Positions 10,360 through 20,684 of a stretch of DNA of 64,000 nucleotides are shown here, in pieces (the stretch's first letter is position 1; each line of letters starts with the position of its first letter). A program made the translations under genes and the position numbers. The notes beneath the pieces are model-generated. The model was not told the origin of the DNA and did not search any database. It worked only from the letters and a program-made list of their open reading frames with translations. Origin of the DNA: Candidatus Omnitrophota bacterium (GTDB lineage Bacteria > Omnitrophota > Gorgyraeia > Zapsychrales > Zapsychraceae); NCBI GenBank assembly GCA_050250375.1, contig JBFWOS010000001.1:958361-1022360 (forward strand), read 5' to 3'.

Positions 10360-10555
10360 TTGTTTGATTATTCGTTAACAATGAATTCTATATAAAATCC
10401 AAACAGCCGCTTTGAAGGGCGGAACAACTGTTTAGAAGTCTTCGAAATCCATCTTTTTCTTTTTTCGGTCCCTGAGTTTCTTTTCTTTATTCTTTTTAGT
10501 ATTCTGCAATCGTAATTCTTCCTCTTCAAACTCTTCTTCGTCAAACCCCGGGCGC

Positions 10556-10939
10556 TTAGTTTTCTGACTCATTCGCAGTCTCCTGCATATCTGTTTCTTC
10601 CATACCGGCACCGTCGTCGTCTTCCATCAGCCCCATCTTGTAGATATTTACAGCGACTTTGCCTGCGGTATTAACGATAAAATCGATATAAACTTCATCA
10701 CCGACAGCGATATCTCCCATGGACGCAAAATTTTCCATGAGGGTATTGCCGTCAATCACGAATTGAGCCTCAGTTTCTTCATCAGTATCAGATTCCATGA
10801 TCGTGATGGATGTGGCGGATACACTTTTCACAATCCCTGATGTGTAATCCGGCTCGCCATCTTCCTGGGCCTGGCCGTATCCCGCAAACGCCATCCCTAA
10901 GACACACATCATGGACAACATCATTAATCTCTTAAACAT
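10556..10939 (-). CDS. small secreted acidic protein (paralog family 1)
   Basis: Signal peptide MFKRLMMLSMMCVLGMAFA. Shares the GD-V-V-Y / I-V motif core with 15644..16015 and 53497..53838. Confidence 0.55.
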   Translation of the reverse strand: MFKRLMMLSMMCVLGMAFAGYGQAQEDGEPDYTSGIVKSVSATSITIMESDTDEETEAQFVIDGNTLMENFASMGDIAVGDEVYIDFIVNTAGKVAVNIYKMGLMEDDDGAGMEETDMQETANESEN

Positions 10940-11345
10940 TTAATTCTCCTTGTTAAATTTTATGATTCACTTTTAAAGCTGATCGTAGGTATCGTTTTTT
11001 CCGGTAATACTCCTGTAGGATTGGTTATGAGCAGAAAAAAAACGCATACCAGTTCATAAAGCTACTAAATTTCTTCTGAAATTCAACAACTTAAAAACTA
11101 GAACATGCGTTAAACTTTCTTTCCTCGTCAGACATTAGAATAACTTTGGCCTGAAATCAGTTTTTACCTGATCATTTTCGGGAAGTGCTCCTCCTTTAAA
11201 TTTTTATAAAATAATAATACCTTTTTTTTTCAAATAAACAACTATTTTTTTAAAATATCTTTACATTTTTTCAGTCATTTTCCGGCTGGACGGTGTTTTT
11301 TCCCCAAACGGCCCGGCCTGACAGACCGTCAACCGGAAAACCGGC

Positions 11346-12113
11346 TTATTCTTGTTTAATTTTCTGCACATGGGCCGGCAGAATGACGATTTCAACCCGG
11401 CGGTTCTGGGAACGGCCGTCAGCAAAATCGTTCGGTTTGACCGGTTTGTACTCCCCGTAACCGACGGCCGACAACCGTTTGGGGCCGACCGCCCCCTGTT
11501 CGATAAAATAATGGACGACCGACAGCGACCGGGCCGTTGACAATTCCCAGTTTGATTTCCACCCGGAGGTTTTGATCGGCGTATTGTCCGTATGCCCTTC
11601 AACCGCGATATTCGAATCGACGATTTCCGCGTTGAGGATCTGGGCGACTTTGGCCAGGACCTGCTCCCCTTCCGGTTTGATAACGTCTTTCCCGGGATCA
11701 AAGAAGATCTCGGACAAAAACGTCACGACCAGTCCCCGCTCCGTCATCTGCAATTTGGCCCTGTAATCCCCGATTTCATCTTTCAGCTTACGCTCAAGGT
11801 CGCGTTTGGCCCTTTCCAGGTCGGAAAGTTCCCGGTCTTTCTTTTCCGCGAAACTCTTCACTTCCTGCTGCTTTTCTTTGCGCAGCCGTTCAATCTCCGC
11901 GTCTTTGGCCGATTTCAACGCCTCCAGCTCAGACTGATGGTCCTTTTTTAACTGGTCCATCTTCTTCTTTGTCATGGCCAGTTCATAATTGAGGTCGTCC
12001 GCCCTGCCCGCTTTTTCCCAGGTGGCGCAGCCGCTCAAGAATAACGCGGCGGTCAAAACCAGAAATGTCCTTAATCGTCTGTCTTTCATCATGATCTCCT
12101 GATCAACTGACAT
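11346..12113 (-). CDS. OmpA-family lipoprotein with coiled-coil linker
   Basis: Lipobox LSGC. C-terminal OmpA-like domain (FFDPGKDVIKPEGEQVLAKVAQIL...NRRVEIVIL). Confidence 0.8.
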   Translation of the reverse strand: MSVDQEIMMKDRRLRTFLVLTAALFLSGCATWEKAGRADDLNYELAMTKKKMDQLKKDHQSELEALKSAKDAEIERLRKEKQQEVKSFAEKKDRELSDLERAKRDLERKLKDEIGDYRAKLQMTERGLVVTFLSEIFFDPGKDVIKPEGEQVLAKVAQILNAEIVDSNIAVEGHTDNTPIKTSGWKSNWELSTARSLSVVHYFIEQGAVGPKRLSAVGYGEYKPVKPNDFADGRSQNRRVEIVILPAHVQKIKQE

Positions 12114-12216
12114 TATATCTTTTTTTTATTTAGAACAATGAAATTTTGCAATTATTTAATCGCGGCGGCGAACTCAACCTCGTCGGGAATGACCGGAATC
12201 GCCGGGAAAGAAAGTG

Positions 12217-13608
12217 TTAAGACTCATCCAGGTAGCGCGGGACCACCACTTCCGTACGGGTGTGTTCACGCAGGACCGGGGCAAAGGCATGGGCGATACT
12301 TTTTTCGGAATGGACAATGAAAATCTTTTTCGGGGCCGGTTTGATCCCTGATATCCAGCGCAGCAATTCTTTTTGGTCGGCATGCCCGGAAAACCCGTTG
12401 ATCTTTTCGATCCCGGCCCGCACCTTGCACATTTGGCCCAGGATGCGCACCTCTTGCGGCCGTTCAAGGATGATCCGTCCCAGGGTTCCCTCCGCCTGAT
12501 AACCGACAAATAGAATCGTACTTTCCGGGCGGGAGATGTTGCCGAACAGGTGATGTTTGATCCGGCCTCCGGTACACATCCCGGAACCGGCAATAATGAT
12601 CGCCGGCCCTTTGACCCGGTTGATGGCCTTGGACTCATCTGACGTTTTGGTCATCTTCAATAACGGAAAATCAAACAAGGCGTCTTCTTTACGCAGGAGT
12701 TCTTTCGCCTCCGCGTCAAAATCTTCCGGGTACATCTTGAACACCTCGGTGACATCGGCGGCCATCGGGCTGTCGACAAAGGTCGGCAGGCGCGGGATCT
12801 TTCCCTCCGACAACAGCTGGTTGAGATAATAAAGGACTTCCTGGGTCCGGTTCACGGCAAACGAAGGAATGATGATGTTTCCCCCGCGTTTGTTTGTGTC
12901 ATTGATCACCCGGGCCAGTTTTTCAAGAGCAGAACCTGATTCTTCATGCAGCCGGTTCCCGTAGGTGGCCTCCATGACGACATAATCCGCCTTTTGAAAC
13001 ACATGCGGGTCCTGCAGGATCGGCCGATCCCAGCGGCCGATATCCCCGGAGAACACATAGATCTTTTCCTGCCCTTCATCCTGAACCTTGAGTTCAAGCA
13101 TGGCCGATCCGAGAATATGCCCGGCATCATGATAAGTCACCTTGATATCCGGGGTAACAGCAAACTCTTTTCGATAATTGACCGTCTTGAACCGCGGAAA
13201 AACCGCGCGGACGTCATCAACACTATACAGGGCCATCTCAGGGTAAGGCCCCTTACGGCCTTCCTTTTTATGGCGTTTGCGTTTGTAATGCGCGTCCAGC
13301 TCCTGGATCTTGGCCGTGTCCAGTAATGAAATCTTGGAAATCTCGGCGGTCGGGACAGTGCAGAAAATATCCCCCCGAAAGCCGTCTTTCACCAGTTTCG
13401 GCAGGTAACCGTTATGATCAATGTGCGCGTGGGTCAATAGAATGGACTGGATACTGGCGGGGTTGACCGGGAAATCTTCCCAGTTGCGGGATTGAAACGC
13501 ACGCTCCTGGAACAGGCCGCAGTCAATCATAATCCGCGTTTGGTTATGGTCAATGAGAAATCTGGAACCGGTGACATTTTCAGCCGCGCCCAGGAATGTA
13601 ATTTTCAA
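12217..13608 (-). CDS. MBL-fold beta-CASP RNA-metabolising hydrolase
   Basis: HAHIDHNGYLP metallo-beta-lactamase motif plus a beta-CASP region; 463 aa. Confidence 0.75.
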   Translation of the reverse strand: MKITFLGAAENVTGSRFLIDHNQTRIMIDCGLFQERAFQSRNWEDFPVNPASIQSILLTHAHIDHNGYLPKLVKDGFRGDIFCTVPTAEISKISLLDTAKIQELDAHYKRKRHKKEGRKGPYPEMALYSVDDVRAVFPRFKTVNYRKEFAVTPDIKVTYHDAGHILGSAMLELKVQDEGQEKIYVFSGDIGRWDRPILQDPHVFQKADYVVMEATYGNRLHEESGSALEKLARVINDTNKRGGNIIIPSFAVNRTQEVLYYLNQLLSEGKIPRLPTFVDSPMAADVTEVFKMYPEDFDAEAKELLRKEDALFDFPLLKMTKTSDESKAINRVKGPAIIIAGSGMCTGGRIKHHLFGNISRPESTILFVGYQAEGTLGRIILERPQEVRILGQMCKVRAGIEKINGFSGHADQKELLRWISGIKPAPKKIFIVHSEKSIAHAFAPVLREHTRTEVVVPRYLDES

Positions 13609-13623
13609 TGATCCTCCTTCATT

Positions 13624-15012
13624 TTAATGGATCCCGAACGCGCGGGGAATGACCAGCTGGTACCCGGCGATGATCAATCCGAACATTATTAACGACACCA
13701 CTATCCCGGCCTTTAACATATCACGGCTGCTCAGCATCTGGGTGGAAAAAGCGATCGTATTGGGCGGGGTCGAAATCGGAAAGGCCATGGCCGCCGAACA
13801 AGACAGGGCAATCATGGTCACCAGAAGGATATGGTTCTCCCCCGGAATCGCGACCGCAACCGGAACGATCAGGTTGGCCGTTGCCGTATTGCTCATAAAC
13901 GTCGACATAAAGAGTGACAAAAACCCGAAGACGGCAATCAGCCAGAACCCCCGGTGTTCAAAGATGGGCTGGGAAACAATCCATTGTGTCAGGCCGCTGA
14001 TCTCGATCCCCTTGCCCAGGGCCAGGCCGCCCCACATCAGGACCAGGATATCCCAGTCGATGGTCTTAAAATCATCCCGGGTCAACAGACCCGTGCCCAC
14101 AAACAATCCCGCGGCCAATAACGCTGTCAGCGCCGAAGGGATTTTATGGATCTCCGACGTCAGCCACAGGATCACCGTGAAAACCGAAATCGCCATCACC
14201 CACCGGGTACGGTCATCCGTTTTTCTCGCCGCGTCCACCGTCAGGTTTATCGTTTTCTTCTTCGGGGGAAACATCAGCGTCAGTGTTACTCCGATGACGG
14301 CCAGCAGTATTAACGCCAGGGGAACGGCCATCTTCATCCAGCCGAAAAAACTCAGGTGAATGCCGTAATTGGCCAGGATACCGATGGCAATCGCGTTAGG
14401 CGGCGTTCCGATCGGGGTGGCAATACCGCCGATGTTCGCGGCAAACGGGATGCACAGGATCAGCGCGGTCCGGAAAGGGTCATCCGCGTCCATCTGCCTG
14501 ACCAGCGGGATGATCATCGTGATCATCATGGCCGTCGTGGCTGTGTTGGACATCCACATCGATAGAAAGGCCGTACAGAGGATAAATCCGCTCATCACAA
14601 AGACCGGATTTGTCCCGAAAAATTTCAGCATGGCGGAAGCGGTTAACTTGTCAATGCCGTATTTCTGCAGGGCCGCCGCCATCACCAGGCCGCCGAAAAA
14701 CAGCATGATGATGGAACTGCCGAACGGAAGCATAAAGACGGAATACCCCATCTCATCCATATTCAGCACGCCTCCGGGCTTGCACAGCAGGAAGGTCAGC
14801 AACAGCACATTAAGAAGCGCGGTGGCATAAAGCGGTATCGCCTCGGTGGCCCAGAATAAACCCGCCAGGACAAACACAAACAGAACGCGCCGGGCCGCTT
14901 CAGGCATGCTTTCCGGAGCAAAGGCATAAGCCAGCCCTGCCGCCGCTACCGCGCAGAAAATTTTTATCCACTTGCGTTTAAAAACATTTTCAAATTGGCG
15001 TTGTTTGTCCAT
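13624..15012 (-). CDS. DASS/SLC13-family anion transporter (ArsB/NhaD permease superfamily)
   Basis: 462 aa, polytopic, with duplicated hairpin motifs (SNTATTAM / SNTATANL). Confidence 0.7.
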   Translation of the reverse strand: MDKQRQFENVFKRKWIKIFCAVAAAGLAYAFAPESMPEAARRVLFVFVLAGLFWATEAIPLYATALLNVLLLTFLLCKPGGVLNMDEMGYSVFMLPFGSSIIMLFFGGLVMAAALQKYGIDKLTASAMLKFFGTNPVFVMSGFILCTAFLSMWMSNTATTAMMITMIIPLVRQMDADDPFRTALILCIPFAANIGGIATPIGTPPNAIAIGILANYGIHLSFFGWMKMAVPLALILLAVIGVTLTLMFPPKKKTINLTVDAARKTDDRTRWVMAISVFTVILWLTSEIHKIPSALTALLAAGLFVGTGLLTRDDFKTIDWDILVLMWGGLALGKGIEISGLTQWIVSQPIFEHRGFWLIAVFGFLSLFMSTFMSNTATANLIVPVAVAIPGENHILLVTMIALSCSAAMAFPISTPPNTIAFSTQMLSSRDMLKAGIVVSLIMFGLIIAGYQLVIPRAFGIH

Positions 15013-15170
15013 GGTAACCGGGTTTCCAAAAAGTGCCTGATTGACGGAAAATAAATATGTTTTATATTAGCTTGTAACGGACGTCCCATCAATCAAAAAG
15101 GCCGCTTTTGAACAGACGATTCAAAACGGACTGGATTCATTTTACCCCGGTAAAAAAAGGAGATTCTACA

Positions 15171-15404
15171 ATGAATAAAAATATTGTTTTCTATGACGGC
15201 GGATGCGGCGACTGCCAGAATGTCGCAAAATTTTTCAGCGCGAATGGGGTTGATTACAACCGGAAGAATATAAAGGCCCATCCGGAACTTGCGGATACAG
15301 CCCGGAAACAGGGGGCGAAAACATTCCCGGCGGTATTTGTGGATGACCTGTTAATCGAAGGGTGGAACGAAAAGCTCCTGCGGCAGGCCCTTGATCTAAA
15401 ATAA
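15171..15404 (+). CDS. glutaredoxin-like protein (NrdH/Grx fold)
   Basis: MNKNIVFYDGGCGDC gives a CxxC right after beta1. RBS AAAGGAG sits 8 nt upstream of ATG 15171. The track ORF 15108 is an over-extended start. Confidence 0.6.
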   Translation: MNKNIVFYDGGCGDCQNVAKFFSANGVDYNRKNIKAHPELADTARKQGAKTFPAVFVDDLLIEGWNEKLLRQALDLK

Positions 15405-15430
15405 ACCAAAAGAAACGGAAAGAATCCACA

Positions 15431-15490
15431 GGGACAGTGTGTTTTGCGGGAGCTAAACTCCCGCTCCCGTAATTCCCTGTCCCTCATTTT
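15431..15490. terminator. nested GC hairpin between convergent genes (bidirectional terminator candidate)
   Basis: GGGACAG..GCGGGAG-ctaaa-CTCCCGC..CTGTCCC followed by TCATTTT. Confidence 0.4.
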
Positions 15491-15643
15491 AAAAATATCT
15501 GCCCACGCCTGCGAGATTATTTTATGGGTGCGGATGGCAGATTTCCCCGTCTTATTTTCATAAGATTTACCCAGATGCTATTTTTCCCGCTCCGTTAGGA
15601 TTCGGCGGCACAACTTGCTGCGGACAACTTAAGCGAAACTGAA

Positions 15644-16015
15644 TTATAAAACGGTTATTGAACTGATAATCTTGTTATCATCTTCATCCGTTGAATATTC
15701 AGCCGATACGTTATCCCCTTCCATAAGATCAGCCGCGGTTACGGCTGCTCCGCCTTTCATAATATTTACTGTTTCAGTAAAATAATAAATGGCGGTTTCG
15801 GTCGTACCGTCTTCTCCTTCAACGCCTGAATCAAGCACGACGTATTGTTCGGCCACATTGACAGAAACGATTGAGCCGGATACGGTCGCGGTTGTTGATT
15901 CTGCGGCGGCTTCCACCATTGCTTCTTCCTCTGATACGGCTAACGTGGGAGAAAGAAACAGGCTGCCGGCAAAAAGAGCTAACAGAATGTTTAATTTAGT
16001 ATTCATTGTAATCAC
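15644..16015 (-). CDS. small secreted protein (paralog family 1)
   Basis: Signal peptide; shares motif ..GD.V...Y with 10556..10939 and 53497..53838. Confidence 0.5.
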   Translation of the reverse strand: MITMNTKLNILLALFAGSLFLSPTLAVSEEEAMVEAAAESTTATVSGSIVSVNVAEQYVVLDSGVEGEDGTTETAIYYFTETVNIMKGGAAVTAADLMEGDNVSAEYSTDEDDNKIISSITVL

Positions 16016-16420
16016 CTCCTTTTTATAAAATTTATCTATATAAAAGTATTCAGCCGGGTTCGTGCATACACTCCCCCCTGACTACTGAGATAGATCAGCT
16101 TTAAAGTCCTTTGGAACAAGATTTTAGGTTAAGAGCATCAACGGATGCGGCGTTTATTCAGGTAGGCCATGATCACCAGACTCATACAATGGGTTGGTAA
16201 AAACGGACAGCGGGATTGACCTTTTTGATTTTGATCCAGCATAAACAAACAGTCTTTAAAGAATACCGACTGCTCCTTAAACGGGCGTTAAAACATCGAC
16301 TCAATGCTTTGAATTTATTAAACTAGAGTCTACCATATTGGGCCGTTTTGTCAATAGCCCCAAGGCTTTTGGGGCCGCCTGAAATATTTCGATCCTCAGT
16401 CCCTGCTCACCGCTCCCTTA

Positions 16421-17719
16421 TTAAGGGAAGATCCCCCTGACCTCGTAGACCTCATTCAGATGGGCTAACGCGGCGCAGTACGCGGCCACATGCAGGTTGC
16501 ACTTGCGTTCTTTGGCTATCTTTTTGACCCTCTGCGCGGCCTGGACCATGGTTTTCTTTAACTGCTGGTCAATAAAATCCGGCTCCCAGGTCTCGGCCTG
16601 GCGGTTCTGTTTCCATTCAAAATAACTGACGGTGACGCCGCCGGCATTGCACAGCACGGCCGGTAAAATATTGATCCCCTTCCTGATTAAATACTCTTCC
16701 GCTTCCGGTTTCAGAGGAATATTCGCGGCCTCGACGACAACCTTGCAGTCCATCAGCTTGGCTTTTTTAAGGTCGATCATCTGTTCAAGCGCGGCCGGGA
16801 TCAGCAAATCAACCCTGTTCGAATAAAAATCCTTTTCCGTAATCTTTTCTGCCTTGGCGTAACCCTGGACGCCGCCTTTACTTTTCACATGCTCCGCCAG
16901 ATCAAACGCGTCGATCCCTTTGTTATTAAAAATAAATCCGGTGTGGTCGCCCACCGCCTTCAGCGTTGCCCCGCGTTCCTGCAGCAATTTCCCGGACCAG
17001 GAACCGACATTGCCGAAACCGATCAGGCTGAATGAACATTTTTTAATCGACAATTTGTATTCCGGAAGCATCTCATCCAGCACATAAACGAGTCCCTGTC
17101 CGGTCGCCTTCTCGCGGCCGTGTGACCCGCCGAAGGAGAGCGGTTTTCCGGTGACCACGCTTAAATCGGAAACCTTGCGAAGGGGGTCGAGGTTAATATA
17201 GGTGTCCGCCATCCAGGCCATGATCTGGGCATTGGTCCCCACGTCCGGCGCAGGCATGTCCGCGTCCGGGCCGATATTATTGCCCAGGGCGCTGATAAAC
17301 CGCCGGGTGAGCCGCATCAGCTCATCGCTGGATAAACGGCGCGGGTCAAACTGCACCCCGCCTTTGGCGCCTCCCAACGGAAGCTGGACCAGCGCGCATT
17401 TGATCGTCATTACCGCGGCCAGGGCCTTGATGTGATCCAGATGCACCGAGTTATCATACCTGATCCCGCCTTTGTAAGGCCCCAGGACATTGTTGTGCTG
17501 GACCCGGTACCCCTTAAAAAGTTTAAACGTCCCGTCGTCCATCCTCACGGGAAAATGCACGATCAGTTCATTCTTGGGCTGGGACAAGATCAGCCTTAAC
17601 CGCTTGGGCAGCTCGAGCAGATCCGCCGCATCCAGGATATTTTTAATGGTGTTGAAATAAATATTGTCTTTGTTGATGGTGAAATCCAGCTCTTTAAAAA
17701 TAGACTCGGCAGAACTCAT
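16421..17719 (-). CDS. gdhA: NAD(P)-specific glutamate dehydrogenase
   Basis: Glu/Leu/Phe/Val dehydrogenase signature QLPLGGAKGGV; 432 aa; RBS AAGGAGG. Confidence 0.85.
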   Translation of the reverse strand: MSSAESIFKELDFTINKDNIYFNTIKNILDAADLLELPKRLRLILSQPKNELIVHFPVRMDDGTFKLFKGYRVQHNNVLGPYKGGIRYDNSVHLDHIKALAAVMTIKCALVQLPLGGAKGGVQFDPRRLSSDELMRLTRRFISALGNNIGPDADMPAPDVGTNAQIMAWMADTYINLDPLRKVSDLSVVTGKPLSFGGSHGREKATGQGLVYVLDEMLPEYKLSIKKCSFSLIGFGNVGSWSGKLLQERGATLKAVGDHTGFIFNNKGIDAFDLAEHVKSKGGVQGYAKAEKITEKDFYSNRVDLLIPAALEQMIDLKKAKLMDCKVVVEAANIPLKPEAEEYLIRKGINILPAVLCNAGGVTVSYFEWKQNRQAETWEPDFIDQQLKKTMVQAAQRVKKIAKERKCNLHVAAYCAALAHLNEVYEVRGIFP

Positions 17720-17732
17720 GCGGCCTCCTTGA

Positions 17733-17783
17733 AATTAGGTACAGATATTAATCTATAACAAAAATCCGTATCTGTACCTAATT
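17733..17783. promoter_or_regulatory. perfect 15-bp inverted repeat with 21-nt spacer, 14 nt upstream of gdhA start
   Basis: AATTAGGTACAGATA ... TATCTGTACCTAATT; no T-run follows. Confidence 0.3.
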
Positions 17784-17807
17784 TTGTCAAAAATTACAAA
17801 AGGCGGC

Positions 17808-19109
17808 CTATTTATTCTTACCCGGCCGTTTGCCCCGGCTGAATTTTTTCGGTTTGGAGGAGTTTCCGGATGACCTGAAACCCGGCCGGTGATTCCGGTC
17901 AGACGGCCGGCGGGAACGCCCGGATTTCTGGGAAGGAGCGGCGTCCTGGGAAAAATCATTGCCGGAAAATTCCGGATGTTTCGACCGCGGGAGCGGCATC
18001 TTGATCAGTTTTTCGATCTTGTCGATATCCTGGCTCTGCAAAGGAGTGGCCAGCGTAACGGCATGGCCTTCACGCCCGGCTCGCCCGGTGCGCCCGATGC
18101 GGTGGATATAATTTTCGCTTTCATCCGGAAGGTCATAATTGACGACGAGCTCGATCATCGAGATGTCGATCCCGCGCGCGGCGATGTCTGTCGCCACCAG
18201 CACGCGGTAACGCCCGCGTTTGAATCCTTCAATCGCCTGGTTGCGCTGTTCCATGGAACGGTTCGAATGGATCTCGGCCACCTTTTCCCCCATCCGGCGG
18301 ATTTCACGGGTGACCCGCATCGCCTTGATCTTGGTCCGGGTGAAGACCAGCACCGTTCCCCGGTACTGGTTCAACAGCATGCGGATAACATCATTCTTGA
18401 CCGCTTCGCGGACAATAAACAATTCCTGGGTAACGTCCTTGGTCGTTGTTCCGGTCGGGGCGATCTCCACGTTGATCGGCATCTCCATGCAGCTGGTGGC
18501 CAGCTTGACCACTTCCTTGGGCATGGTCGCCGAGAAAAGCATGGTCTGGCGTTTATTGGTCAGGCAGCGGATAATGCTGTTGACCTGCGGGGCAAACCCC
18601 ATGTCGAACATGCGGTCAGCCTCATCGAGGATGAGCACACGGATATCACCCAGGTCAATCGTCCCCTGGTAAATGTGGTCGTTCATCCGGCCAGGTGTTG
18701 CAATGAGGATGTCCGGGTTACGCCTTAAATCGTCCAGCTGCGAACCGATCTTAACGCCGCCGATCAAGACCGCGCTGCTCATCTTAAACGGCTTGAGAAT
18801 ATGGTTGAGCGCCTCAGCCACCTGGATGGCCAGTTCACGGGTCGGCACGAGCACCAGCGCGCGCCCCCCTTCGGCCAACAGGCGCTGCACCGTCGGGATA
18901 CCGAAGGCCATGGTCTTGCCGGTCCCGGTCTGCGCGATGCCCATAATATCCTTGCCCTCCAGCGCGATCGGGATCGCCTTGTACTGGATCGGGGTCGGCG
19001 TGACAAATTTCATCTTCTCCAGGGTCTTAAGAAGATCCGGGGCAATCCCCAGATGATAAAAACTCGGTTGTGAATCTTTCATAAACTTCCTTTCAGGATG
19101 TACATTCAT
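17808..19109 (-). CDS. DEAD-box ATP-dependent RNA helicase
   Basis: Q-motif, AQTGTGKT, DEAD, SAT and HRIGRTGR motifs, with a basic RG-rich C-terminal tail. Confidence 0.85.
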   Translation of the reverse strand: MNVHPERKFMKDSQPSFYHLGIAPDLLKTLEKMKFVTPTPIQYKAIPIALEGKDIMGIAQTGTGKTMAFGIPTVQRLLAEGGRALVLVPTRELAIQVAEALNHILKPFKMSSAVLIGGVKIGSQLDDLRRNPDILIATPGRMNDHIYQGTIDLGDIRVLILDEADRMFDMGFAPQVNSIIRCLTNKRQTMLFSATMPKEVVKLATSCMEMPINVEIAPTGTTTKDVTQELFIVREAVKNDVIRMLLNQYRGTVLVFTRTKIKAMRVTREIRRMGEKVAEIHSNRSMEQRNQAIEGFKRGRYRVLVATDIAARGIDISMIELVVNYDLPDESENYIHRIGRTGRAGREGHAVTLATPLQSQDIDKIEKLIKMPLPRSKHPEFSGNDFSQDAAPSQKSGRSRRPSDRNHRPGFRSSGNSSKPKKFSRGKRPGKNK

Positions 19110-19338
19110 CCAATATTATTCAAAAAAATCAACAGTTCCATTAAATACACTGTGGGATTATAACACGCCTAAGAAATTTCGGGGAAATAACTATTGCAGC
19201 CGTCTTTCGATCATCGGCCGGTCGCGCGGGCGTTAAGGATTCAATAACCGCTGATCCCTTATTGCTTGACACGCTTCTATTCCGCAATTATATTGTCAAG
19301 TGATCCAAACGGTCCTTCAGAGACATTGTCTTAATCCT

Positions 19339-19422
19339 GCCGAAGTGGCGAAACTGGTAGACGCGCACGTTTCAGGGGCGTGTGGGAGTAATCCCATGTG
19401 GGTTCGACCCCCACCTTCGGCA
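19339..19422 (+). tRNA. tRNA-Leu (anticodon CAG)
   Basis: GCCGAAG acceptor stem pairs with CTTCGGC. Anticodon loop TTCAGGG. Long variable arm, T-arm GGTTCGACCCC. Total 84 nt. Confidence 0.8.
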
Positions 19423-19441
19423 TTTTTAACAATAAAAAAAA

Positions 19442-19485
19442 GCAGGCCATCAAAAACTTTATACCTTGATGACCTGCTTTTTTTA
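19442..19485 (+). terminator. rho-independent terminator after tRNA-Leu
   Basis: GCAGGCCATCAA...TTGATGACCTGC stem followed by an 8-T run. Confidence 0.6.
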
Positions 19486-19896
19486 TGGAAGGGAAATCTG
19501 ATACGGGACTTGCGGCTTCCTTAAATATGGACGGATAAACTTCGTCGGTACTTGTGCTTCTTCCTCTTTTTTAACCTCTGCAAATCGGTCGTCCTCAAAC
19601 CAAGCATCGGAGCCTCTTCTTTCCAGAATTCCAGCTGTTCATAAAATCTGACCAGATCCACTTGGCTCTTCTTCATGATATTCACCCCTTTTTGTCGGTT
19701 TATAAAAATCATGCTTCAACTGATTGACCGAATTCTACCTGACGGGGTATAAAAATAAGGTTAAATGAAGATTAGAATTTTTTTATGAAGGGGAACCGTG
19801 CAAACGGCTTGTTACCGGCTATTTTAATTTTTCAATATTGTTGTCTCAAATTTCAGTTTGAATTGATTAAGGCCATGTTCATATTCCATCGGCCGT

Positions 19897-20130
19897 TTAA
19901 GAACCTTCTTTCTTGGCCTGCTCATAGTCACGCACAACCGCCGCCGCTTCCTGCACATCTTCTTCCCGCACCATCAGCCGCGCGCCGCCCTGGTGGAACA
20001 GGTAATGCGGGGCGAACGCCGCCAGCGATTCATCAAACACCACCGATTCAATCTCGCACGATTCAAGGATCGATTTGACAAAATAGACTTCATTAAGGCT
20101 GATTGAACTGTACACCTTGACGAGTTTCAT
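19897..20130 (-). CDS. small hypothetical protein (possible DUF2007-like)
   Basis: 77-aa ORF; weak call. Confidence 0.3.
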   Translation of the reverse strand: MKLVKVYSSISLNEVYFVKSILESCEIESVVFDESLAAFAPHYLFHQGGARLMVREEDVQEAAAVVRDYEQAKKEGS

Positions 20131-20145
20131 CCCTGAATGTTCTCC

Positions 20146-20634
20146 TTAACGGGTTAGCCAAAAAAGTCCGGCGGCGGCCAGCAGGCACAGGCCGTATCCC
20201 CGGCCGTTTAAATGAAGCCAGAGGGCGGCCGCTTCAATCAGCCGGATCGCCTCACCGGCCGATCCTGTTTTTAATAAACCGCTTTCGGTCAAGCCTTTGA
20301 TCCGTTCGGCGCAATCATCCACCCACAGAAAATCCAGGGGAGACTGTCCGGGCAGATAAGACCAGCCCACCCCCGGGCGCGGGTCCCCGTCGATCACCTG
20401 GATCAACCACGCGTATTGGTTGAACACAAAATACTTCGGGCGGGTCAGTTTCATAAAGTCAAAAATATACCCGCCGAATTGCACGTCTTTCGGGTTAATC
20501 CTGACGCGGACCGATTCAGGATGGTCCGGTTCCTGGATCCAGTTTACATAATCACGGTCGACAGCCAGCTGGCGGAAGATTTTTTGTACAGCCGCCCGGT
20601 CGCTGCCGGTGATCTTTGCGGGTCCGAAATCCAT
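20146..20634 (-). CDS. hypothetical protein
   Basis: 162-aa ORF with no recognisable family. Confidence 0.4.
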   Translation of the reverse strand: MDFGPAKITGSDRAAVQKIFRQLAVDRDYVNWIQEPDHPESVRVRINPKDVQFGGYIFDFMKLTRPKYFVFNQYAWLIQVIDGDPRPGVGWSYLPGQSPLDFLWVDDCAERIKGLTESGLLKTGSAGEAIRLIEAAALWLHLNGRGYGLCLLAAAGLFWLTR

Positions 20635-20684
20635 AGTGACCTTTTCTTTCCGTTAGAATCCAAATCCTGATGATAACCTGCGCG

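Noticed and set aside
10432-10572. 46-aa highly charged minus-strand ORF (MSQKTKRPGFDEEEFEEEELRLQNTKKNKEKKLRDRKKKKMDFEDF) overlapping the stop of 10556..10939
   Set aside because: Low-complexity K/E composition, no convincing RBS, and a 17-nt overlap with the upstream gene; kept only as a remote possibility.
11261-11951. ORFs 11261..11701 (-) and 11592..11951 (+) overlapping the OmpA-family gene
   Set aside because: Alternative-frame or antisense shadows of a well-supported gene; Arg/Pro/Ser-rich translations.
17889-19073. Several ORFs (up to 279 aa) inside the DEAD-box helicase region
   Set aside because: Antisense or off-frame within a gene carrying all DEAD-box motifs; skewed amino-acid composition.
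19521-19712. 63-aa ORF just after the tRNA terminator
   Set aside because: No RBS or homology; lies in an AT-rich intergenic region.
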